In this document: piece by piece, positions 1 to 6,608 of the stretch
Position numbering within the stretch: the stretch's first letter is position 1
Layout of the letters: every line of letters begins with the position of its first letter
Origin: Fibrobacter succinogenes subsp. succinogenes S85
GTDB taxonomy: Bacteria; Fibrobacterota; Fibrobacteria; Fibrobacterales; Fibrobacteraceae
DNA length: 32,000 nt
Assembly (NCBI RefSeq): GCF_000146505.1
Contig: NC_017448.1
Coordinates: 180,001 to 212,000, forward strand
Direction of reading: 5' to 3'
The notes under the pieces: model-generated
Told to the model about the DNA's origin: nothing
What the model saw: the letters and a program-made list of their open reading frames with translations, nothing else
Database searches by the model: none
Program-made: the position numbers and the translations under genes

Positions 1-768
1 GCTGGACGGGGTTCTAGTTGCATAAGCGCGGATAATGTTGTTTCTGTTTTCTTCGTCAAATTTTGAGGTGTACAGGAATTTTCTGAAATTGTCTTTGGAA
101 AGTCCTTGAATTGAAGTTTGTTGCATTTTCATGGATTCAAGGGCGATAAGGCTTTTGCCTTCTGTATTTACGATTCCGGCAGATGCGTGTGCGCCGTAGA
201 CTTTGTAGTCTAGGAACCTCTTGATTGAATTTTCGTCAAACGAGGTAGAGAGGATGCCGACAATTTTTCCTTGAATGTAGACGGGGGCGTAGAACAAAAT
301 GTACGCCATGGACGTATTTGTGGGCATCATGACGAATATGCCGCTATTGCCTTTTATGCCGTCGGTGAAATACCACTTGTTGCCGGAATAGACCTTTTCT
401 CCGGTTGTTTTTAAAGTCATTCCGCTGGAATCAGTAAAGTTCAAGTGGTCAAACTGGATCATCTTTTCTAATTCTGCCAGGAAAACAGAGTTCATTTGGC
501 CGTCTCGGATATCGTTGGAGCTGAGTTTGGCGAGGGCTTCGACCGATTTGAGCGAGTTCGAGAAAATATCGTCCAGCTTGTTTGCCATGGCTAGGGTTAT
601 ATCTTTGATATAGTCCCTGTTTCGAGCCATGACGGCAGCCTTGTCTTCGGCTTGGAACGCAGCGAAGGCTTGAATGACTAAATAGACAACAAGTATAAGG
701 GGAGCGAACCTTATAACCGAATGCTTTAATCTTTTTTCCTTATGTTTGTATTTTGTAAAAAACTGCAC
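1..768 (-). CDS. Membrane-anchored sensor protein, N-terminal part (one TM helix plus Cache-like extracytoplasmic domain). The gene runs off the left edge.
   Basis: This ORF is not in the supplied track because it leaves the window. My translation of the minus strand is open for 256 codons from a GTG at 768 (GGAG 5 nt upstream, in-frame TAA just upstream). It reads VQFFTKYKHKEKRLKHSVIRFAPLILVVYLVIQAFAAF (TM helix), then ...FDHLNFTDSSGMTLKTTGEKVYSGNKWYFTDGIKGNSGIFVMMP...ILFYAPVYIQGKIVGILSTSFDE, a pattern typical of Cache/dCache ligand-binding domains. The output domain is outside the window. Confidence 0.6.
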   Translation of the reverse strand, partial: MQFFTKYKHKEKRLKHSVIRFAPLILVVYLVIQAFAAFQAEDKAAVMARNRDYIKDITLAMANKLDDIFSNSLKSVEALAKLSSNDIRDGQMNSVFLAELEKMIQFDHLNFTDSSGMTLKTTGEKVYSGNKWYFTDGIKGNSGIFVMMPTNTSMAYILFYAPVYIQGKIVGILSTSFDENSIKRFLDYKVYGAHASAGIVNTEGKSLIALESMKMQQTSIQGLSKDNFRKFLYTSKFDEENRNNIIRAYATRTPSS

Positions 769-950
769 GATGCTCCCCAATTATCCATTATCTATAAAAA
801 ATATAAACTATATAAATCCAAATAATTATGGTGTTTTTGCGAAAAAAATGGAAAAATGAAAATAAGTGACAAATTTCAAAATTTTTCCGAATTTTTACAT
901 CATGTTGTTTCTTTTCCGCGAAAAAAATGTAATTTTCTTGTTAGTCAATT

Positions 951-965
951 ATTCCAAATTGGAAT
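951..965. promoter_or_regulatory. 7-1-7 inverted repeat ATTCCAA-A-TTGGAAT, a candidate operator about 24 nt upstream of the padR start.
   Basis: The perfect 7-nt arms were read directly. It sits in an AT-rich divergent promoter region. PadR-family regulators commonly autoregulate through palindromic operators. No experimental support. Confidence 0.3.
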
Positions 966-988
966 ACTAGCAAAATCAAGGAATTTAA

Positions 989-1585
989 ATGAACCGTTAC
1001 GATCTTGTATTGCTCGGCCTCATTCTGGAACATGAACGCAGTGGGTACGATATAATCACGGAAATTCGTGATCGTGAACTCGACCGCTGGGCGAAGATTA
1101 GCACATCGACCGTTTATAACAGACTGATAACGCTCGAAAAGAACGAGTGCATCGTCGGTCATTCGGAACGCGACGGAAACCGCCCGGAACGCATGGTGTT
1201 CAACATCACGGACAAGGGTAGGGAAGTGCTGCGCAAGGAAGTCCTCAAGCATTTGACCGGATTCAACGACGATCCGCGTACGCTTGGTTTTGCTTTCCTT
1301 TACGGTGCCGAAAACAAGGAAGTTATCCGCACGCTCGAAGTACATGAACGTAGACTGGTTCAGGAAATCGAAAATCTTGAAAAGATGATTGCCGAAGAAC
1401 CGCGCCCGACGCTTTACCCGGAGGGACCGTTCCTTAACTGCATGAGCCGTGACCACATCTTGGTGGAACTCAAGTACGTGCGTGCCGCTATCGGCATTTT
1501 GCGCGACCCGGTCCGCAGCAAGAAACTCGGCGGATACTTCTATATCAATTTCGGTAACCGCGATTTCGAAAAGTTTGATGAGTAG
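989..1585 (+). CDS. PadR-family transcriptional regulator
   Basis: 198 aa. The N-terminal winged-HTH pattern LGLILEHERSGYDIITEIRDR...STSTVYNRLITLEKNECIVGHSERDGNRPERMVFNITDKGREVL is typical of PadR. AAGGA RBS lies before the ATG. Confidence 0.85.
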   Translation: MNRYDLVLLGLILEHERSGYDIITEIRDRELDRWAKISTSTVYNRLITLEKNECIVGHSERDGNRPERMVFNITDKGREVLRKEVLKHLTGFNDDPRTLGFAFLYGAENKEVIRTLEVHERRLVQEIENLEKMIAEEPRPTLYPEGPFLNCMSRDHILVELKYVRAAIGILRDPVRSKKLGGYFYINFGNRDFEKFDE

Positions 1586-1589
1586 AGTT

Positions 1590-1716
1590 TAGACGAAAGA
1601 ACGGGCTTACGCCCTACAGACTAGAGACGAAAGAGAAAAAATGGCGCTTCGCGCTAGTAAAAACATTGGTTAAATGAATTACTTTCTCTCGTCTCTCGTC
1701 TCTCAGCTCTCGTCTA
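1590..1716. repeat. About 127-nt imperfect palindromic element built from the word AGACGA(A/G)AGA
   Basis: AGACGAAAGA occurs at 1591-1600 and 1625-1634. Each copy is followed by a GC mini-hairpin (GGGCTTACGCCC near 1603-1614, GGCGCTTCGCGC near 1643-1654). Inverted copies TTTCTCTCGTCTCTCGTCTCTCAGCTCTCGTCTA lie at 1684-1716. GAGACGAAAGAGAAA (1624-1638) pairs with 1684-1696 with a 2-nt bulge. TAGACGA (1590-1596) pairs with TCGTCTA (1710-1716). Confidence 0.4.
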
Positions 1717-1826
1717 ATTTCTAAATTTACCCCGCAAAAGTTTTAACGGTTTCTGATAGGGTTCCTAACCACTAATCACCAACCACGAATCACTTTTTAC
1801 AACACCCCCTCTCTAACGGAGATACA

Positions 1827-4355
1827 ATGGCTACAAAAACAGTGAAGAAGAGCGCTGCAAAGAAGGCCCCGGCAAAGAAGACCGCTAAGGTCGCTGCCCC
1901 GAAGTATGGCTACTTTGATGACGCTGCAAAAGAATACGTGCTCACCACCCCGGCTACCCCGATCAAGTGGTGCAACTACGTCGGTACTCTCAACTTCGGC
2001 GGTATCGTCGATACGACCGGCGGCACTCTCGTTTGCAAAGGCGACCCGGCTCTCAACCGTATCACCAAGTACATTGCACAGATGCCGTGCTCTGACTTCA
2101 AGGCCAGCACTATCTACATCCGTATCAAGGATGGCAAGAACTACAAGATTTTCTCCCCGTTCTACGTTCCGACTCTCGTCAAGCTCGACAAGTGGGAATG
2201 CCACGTGGGTCTTTCCTACATGCGCTGGATTGCCGAAGTTTACGGCCTCCGCGTTCAGGTCACGATTTTCGTCCCGACGGGCTCCAACACTCTCCTCCAG
2301 GACATCCAGGTGACGAACATCGCCGGTGGTTCTAAGGAAGTGGACATTATCCCGGTTTATGAATTCAGCCACTTCGAAGCTGAAAAGCAGCTCACGAACG
2401 CTGACTGGGTTCCGCAGACCATGACCCTCAAGGGCCACTGGGAAAAGGATGGCCACGTCGTTTTGGAACAGTACGCTTACATGAAGCGCGACTACGCCGT
2501 GAACTACGTTACTGCTGACTGCAAGGTTGGTTCCTTCGATGGTGACCGCCGCGTATTCCTCGGCCAGAACGAAATGGGTTCCTGGGCAAATCCGCTCAGC
2601 CTCCAGAACAAGGAACTTGCTAATAGCGAATGCGACCGTGGCGACAACATTGCCGCTCTCATGATCCACGCTGGCAAGATCGCTGCCAAGAAGACTTTCC
2701 GTACCTGCACCCAGCTCGGTCAGGAACAGAGCCTCAAGGTTGCTGCCAAGGCTATCAAGAAGTACCGCGATCTCAAGAACGTGGACAAGGCTTTCGAAGA
2801 ACTCGCAAAGTTCTGGGAAAACTACCTCTCCACGATCCAGGTCAAGACCCCGGATGCTTCCTTCAACACGATGGTGAACGTACACAACCCGCGTCAGTGC
2901 CACACCACCAAGAACTGGAGCCGCTACCTGTCCCTCTATCAGTTGGGCTACGGCACCAGCCGCGGTATCGGTTACCGTGACTCTACTCAGGATCTCATGG
3001 GCGTCATGAGCCACATGCCTGAAGAAGCTCTCGTTCTCACCAAGAACCTCATCTCCGTGCAGCGTCCGGAAGGTAACGCTATGCACCAGTACGCTCCGCT
3101 CGCCCTTGCTGAAGACACGGGTAACGAAGCTAACGCCGGTGACTCCCGCGAAAAGGCTGGCGTTCTCGACGCTAATGGCAATCCGGCATACGCTGACTGG
3201 TATGGCGATGACCACCTCTGGATCGTCCTCACTGTCGCTACTTACCTCAAGGAAACTGGCAAGATGGACCTCCTCAACGAAGAAATTCCGTTCTACGTTG
3301 CAGGCAAGAAGCATGCTGAACGTCCGACAGGCACTGTCCTCGAACACTTGAAGCGCGCTCTCAAGTTCACTCGCGAACACCTTGGTCAGCACAACCTTCC
3401 GCTCCTCGGCTTTGCCGACTGGAACGACTGCATGAACCTCCCGCTCGGTGCAGAATCTACGTTCAACACTGCTTTGTACGCAAAGGCTTTGCTCGAAATG
3501 ATGGGCATTGAAGAAGCTCTCGGCGACAAGGAAGCCGTTGAAATGTACAAGGGCTGGTACGAAGATGTCAAGAAGGCATTCAACGACAGCGCTTGGGATG
3601 GCAAGTGGTGGACTCGTTGGTTTGACAAGGACGGCAACGGCTACGGCGTTTCCTCTGCCAAGTACGGCAAGATTTACTGCAACGGCCAGTCCTGGCCGGT
3701 CATCGCTGGCATCGCTTTCGGCGACCGTGCAGTGCAGGGCATGGACAGCTTGAACAAGCTCCTCAACACCAAGTACGGCGTGAAGAGCTCTACTCCGGGT
3801 TACCGTGGCTTTGAACCGGCTGTCGGTGGCATTTCCACCTATCCTCCTGGAGCAAAGGAAAACGGCGGTATCTTCCTCCACACGAACCCGTGGGTGATGA
3901 TCGCCGAAACGATCCTCGGCCGTGGCGACAACGCATTCCAGTACTACAACCAGATCAACCCGGCTTCCAAGAACGGCATCCTTGACGTGTTTGAATCTGA
4001 ACCGTACTGCTATCCGCAGAACATCCTCGGTGACGAACACAAGCAGTTTGGTATGGGCCGTAACGCATGGCTCTCCGGTACTTCTACTTGGACATACCAG
4101 GCTGCAACGCAGTTCATCCTCGGTATCCGCGCAAGCTTCAACGGTCTCGTTGTTGATCCTTGCATCCCGAGCGCATGGGCTGGCTTCGAAGCTACCCGTA
4201 AGTTCCGCGGTGCTACCTACCAGATTACTGTGAAGAACCCGGATCACGTCTGCAAGGGCGTCGCAAAGATGGTTGTTGACGGTCAGGAAATCGATTCCAA
4301 CGTCGCTCCGATCTTTACGAAGGGTATCCACAAGGTTGAGGTAACATTGGGTTAA
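1827..4355 (+). CDS. GH94 glycoside phosphorylase, cellobiose-phosphorylase type, with a 26-aa Lys/Ala-rich N-terminal extension
   Basis: 842 aa. After the extension the protein starts YGYFDDAAKEYVLTTPATPIKWCNYVG, like the N-termini of cellobiose and chitobiose phosphorylases. It carries GYRDSTQD, GFADWNDCMNL (the catalytic Asp context of the family) and KENGGIFLHTNPW motifs. The core is about 816 aa, which fits cellobiose rather than cellodextrin phosphorylase. GGAG RBS precedes the ATG. Confidence 0.93.
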   Translation: MATKTVKKSAAKKAPAKKTAKVAAPKYGYFDDAAKEYVLTTPATPIKWCNYVGTLNFGGIVDTTGGTLVCKGDPALNRITKYIAQMPCSDFKASTIYIRIKDGKNYKIFSPFYVPTLVKLDKWECHVGLSYMRWIAEVYGLRVQVTIFVPTGSNTLLQDIQVTNIAGGSKEVDIIPVYEFSHFEAEKQLTNADWVPQTMTLKGHWEKDGHVVLEQYAYMKRDYAVNYVTADCKVGSFDGDRRVFLGQNEMGSWANPLSLQNKELANSECDRGDNIAALMIHAGKIAAKKTFRTCTQLGQEQSLKVAAKAIKKYRDLKNVDKAFEELAKFWENYLSTIQVKTPDASFNTMVNVHNPRQCHTTKNWSRYLSLYQLGYGTSRGIGYRDSTQDLMGVMSHMPEEALVLTKNLISVQRPEGNAMHQYAPLALAEDTGNEANAGDSREKAGVLDANGNPAYADWYGDDHLWIVLTVATYLKETGKMDLLNEEIPFYVAGKKHAERPTGTVLEHLKRALKFTREHLGQHNLPLLGFADWNDCMNLPLGAESTFNTALYAKALLEMMGIEEALGDKEAVEMYKGWYEDVKKAFNDSAWDGKWWTRWFDKDGNGYGVSSAKYGKIYCNGQSWPVIAGIAFGDRAVQGMDSLNKLLNTKYGVKSSTPGYRGFEPAVGGISTYPPGAKENGGIFLHTNPWVMIAETILGRGDNAFQYYNQINPASKNGILDVFESEPYCYPQNILGDEHKQFGMGRNAWLSGTSTWTYQAATQFILGIRASFNGLVVDPCIPSAWAGFEATRKFRGATYQITVKNPDHVCKGVAKMVVDGQEIDSNVAPIFTKGIHKVEVTLG

Positions 4356-4365
4356 TAAAACCAAT

Positions 4366-4391
4366 GTCATCCCGGACTCCGATCCGGGATC
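4366..4391 (+). repeat. 26-nt GC hairpin of the recurrent GTCAT...ATC family (REP-like)
   Basis: Sequence is GTCATCCCGGACTCCGATCCGGGATC. It has an 8-bp perfect stem ATCCCGGA/TCCGGGAT with loop CTCCGA. It lies 10 nt after the GH94 stop and upstream of a separate terminator. Confidence 0.5.
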
Positions 4392-4411
4392 GCCTATGTA
4401 AATTTCAAAAG

Positions 4412-4441
4412 CGCCAGTCTCTCACGAGGCTGGTGTTTTTT
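4412..4441 (+). terminator. Rho-independent terminator after the GH94 gene
   Basis: Stem CCAGTCTC / GAGGCTGG (one G-T pair), loop TCAC, followed by a T-run at 4435-4441. Confidence 0.7.
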
Positions 4442-4479
4442 ATGTTGTAATCTTGAATAAATTGTTTATATTAAAATGC

Positions 4480-5142
4480 ATGAAGATTAACTTGTTAAAA
4501 CTTTTTTTGTGGGCTTTTGCCTTGCTTCTTTTGGTTGGCTGCTCGATGCGGCCGCTTTCTGCGAGCGCGTTTATGGAAGCCTACCAGAGCGTAAACGATT
4601 CCTCTAAGACTGTGGTTGGGGTATCGATTACGGGAATGCGGGGTGTTACTTCAAATTCGGAAGAGCCGAAAATGGACTCTATCGGTAATCACGTTTATGG
4701 AGTCAAGGATGAAGGCGTAATAGACATCTCTGTCCCGGTTTATCATTTTATAGATCATTTTGCTATTGGGGGTGGCTTTCAGTATTTCACGCCTTTTGTC
4801 TCGTTAGGTGTTGCTTTTGATCATTTTGGCGTGATGGGGTGGGGTACGGTTGCTGCAGGTGGTATAAGTGTGATGGAGCAAATTTCGCCAACGGAAGAAT
4901 TGCATTTAGGCTTATTTCAGTTCGCCTCTCGCACATCGAGCTATGCTGGCTGCAAAGCCGTTGATGGAAATTGTGGCGAAGCTTTTGGTGTTGCAATTTA
5001 TTATTTCGAGTTCGGTGGCGGCTCCTATTTTATGTATAAAACAGGCTTTAAGTGGCATTTGGGTGCCGAATTCAGATACAGCTACGACATCGACTACAAG
5101 GCAAATCGCTTTGCGTTTACCTTAAATCTTTTGGGGTTGTGA
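4480..5142 (+). CDS. Hypothetical lipoprotein
   Basis: The track ORF begins at TTG 4453. I prefer the in-frame ATG at 4480, which gives MKINLLKLFLWAFALLLLVGC with an L-V-G-C lipobox. The mature part is Gly- and aromatic-rich with no family I recognise. Confidence 0.6.
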   Translation: MKINLLKLFLWAFALLLLVGCSMRPLSASAFMEAYQSVNDSSKTVVGVSITGMRGVTSNSEEPKMDSIGNHVYGVKDEGVIDISVPVYHFIDHFAIGGGFQYFTPFVSLGVAFDHFGVMGWGTVAAGGISVMEQISPTEELHLGLFQFASRTSSYAGCKAVDGNCGEAFGVAIYYFEFGGGSYFMYKTGFKWHLGAEFRYSYDIDYKANRFAFTLNLLGL

Positions 5143-5154
5143 TTTGGTTACGAT

Positions 5155-6447
5155 TTATCCCGAGATTCGCATGTAGACGCACAGTACGCGGCTTACGGTA
5201 TAGCCGGACTTGAGGAGCGATTTGAGCATCGGTACAACGTTGATTGTTGTAATCCAGTCACTATCGGCAAATTTGCCTTTCCAGCTTTTGGCTGAACCGT
5301 TGTCGAATACGTCCTTGATCATGGAATCGTAATAGGGGAGGTACTTGACTGAGATGACATCTTTCAAAGATTGATTCACGACTTCGTCCGTTTTGGCAAA
5401 GCCAGAATCTGTGGCGAAAGCGTTGTTGCATCCGAGAATGGTGAAGTTGCGGTCAACCCAGAAAATACCGATGTTCGGGAAATTGAAAAGTGAATTTATC
5501 AGAGATTCCTCAACACCGCTCTTCATGAGGAATGGAATTTCAGGCGATGTTTCGACGCGGCGTGCAGAACCAATCATGACAATTCGGTCTTCGTCATCGG
5601 GAGCGAGGTGTCCGCGGAAGTCGTACCACACGAGGTTCTTTTCGCTGTTCCAGCAACGAATCTTGAGTGTGCCGAAGCGGGCATCTTCGTTGGCAAGGCG
5701 GTTCAGCTGGCTTTGTTCATCAAGCAAATGTCCTTTGTCGTCGTAGGCTGCTTGTCCACCTGCTTTCATCATGCATTCGTTCATGACTCGTTCAAGCAGT
5801 TTGAAGTCGTCTTCGGGCATGAGCGTTTCAATGTTGGCGATACCCCCTGAACGCGGAACGTCTCTGTAGTCATCGTCCATCATGGGAGTTTGTAAAAAGA
5901 GCTGGCGGCTTTCAAAATCAAATTTCCAGAGGAAGTCACCGGTATTGCGAAGCAAAGATTTGAGCTTTGTTTCGGCTTCATCCAGGCGATGCTGGTTTTC
6001 AACGGTGTTTGAAATGTTTTTAATCAAGCAAATATAACGCGATTCGTCCATTGAAAGGCGTTGGTGTTGGCATCGCATTTCAAACCAAAGCATTGAGCCA
6101 TCGTCTCGCTTGTACGAGAACATGAACGGCATTTCGGGGTGCTTGTCAATATCGTCAAAGTAGAGTTTGAGTCGAGCCCAGTCTTTGGGTGGCAAGATGT
6201 CGCGGAACAGGCGGTCTTTGCTTAAGTTGTCAAAGAGCGGGTCTGACATGAACTGCGGCATTGAACTGATGAATTCAAACTTGTCAGAAAGTACGACGAT
6301 GAACTCACCGAGGTTGCCCGCAAAAAGCGTATAAAGCCGTTGCCTTTTCCAATAGTCGAGCAATAGCAAAATGGTGGCAATCAGCAAAAGCAAGAGCACG
6401 GTGCAGACATAGCACCAGCCCACAGACCAATCAATAGAGTTCATCAT
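5155..6447 (-). CDS. Membrane-anchored protein with PAS-like repeats and no recognisable output domain
   Basis: 430 aa. N-terminal TM helix (WCYVCTVLLLLLIATILLLL). Then segments with PAS-like signatures (FEFISSMPQF...WFEMRCQ...ICLIKNIS, DFLWKFDFESRQLF...LVWYDFRG...VMIGSARRVE, GIFWVDRNFTILGCNNAFA...). No kinase, GGDEF, EAL or HTH motifs seen. Confidence 0.6.
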   Translation of the reverse strand: MMNSIDWSVGWCYVCTVLLLLLIATILLLLDYWKRQRLYTLFAGNLGEFIVVLSDKFEFISSMPQFMSDPLFDNLSKDRLFRDILPPKDWARLKLYFDDIDKHPEMPFMFSYKRDDGSMLWFEMRCQHQRLSMDESRYICLIKNISNTVENQHRLDEAETKLKSLLRNTGDFLWKFDFESRQLFLQTPMMDDDYRDVPRSGGIANIETLMPEDDFKLLERVMNECMMKAGGQAAYDDKGHLLDEQSQLNRLANEDARFGTLKIRCWNSEKNLVWYDFRGHLAPDDEDRIVMIGSARRVETSPEIPFLMKSGVEESLINSLFNFPNIGIFWVDRNFTILGCNNAFATDSGFAKTDEVVNQSLKDVISVKYLPYYDSMIKDVFDNGSAKSWKGKFADSDWITTINVVPMLKSLLKSGYTVSRVLCVYMRISG

Positions 6448-6492
6448 ACATTTATAAGATAATCATTTTTTAGTAGGCAAAGCAATAGAGCA

Positions 6493-6520
6493 AAGAAAAA
6501 AGCCTGCTCGTAAGCAGGCT
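6493..6520 (-). terminator. Rho-independent terminator after proS
   Basis: The minus strand reads AGCCTGCT-TACG-AGCAGGCT followed by TTTTTC (8-bp perfect stem). Confidence 0.75.
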
Positions 6521-6551
6521 TGTAATTTAAAAGGTTATGCTTTGAAAAGGA

Positions 6552-6577
6552 GATTCCCGCGCGGTGTCGGGAATGGC
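6552..6577 (-). repeat. 26-nt GC hairpin of the same family as 4366-4391
   Basis: The minus strand reads GCCATTCCCGACACCGCGCGGGAATC. 7-bp stem ATTCCCG/CGGGAAT. It lies between the proS stop and the proS terminator. Confidence 0.45.
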
Positions 6578-6580
6578 ATC

Positions 6581-6608
6581 CTTCCTACTGTCTACTTCCT
6601 ACCGTCTA
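6581..6608 (-). repeat. Tandem 14-mer x2 overlapping the proS stop codon
   Basis: The plus strand reads CTTCCTACTGTCTA (6581-6594) then CTTCCTACCGTCTA (6595-6608), with one mismatch. The last CTA is the reverse complement of the proS TAG stop. Confidence 0.5.

Noticed and set aside
1797-4370. 857-aa ORF on the minus strand, co-extensive with the GH94 gene
   Set aside because: This is a shadow ORF. The plus-strand frame has unmistakable GH94 motifs along its whole length. The antisense translation is low-complexity (V/E/A/L/R-rich) with no recognisable motif. The antisense frame stays open because the strongly biased sense codons avoid TTA, CTA and TCA.
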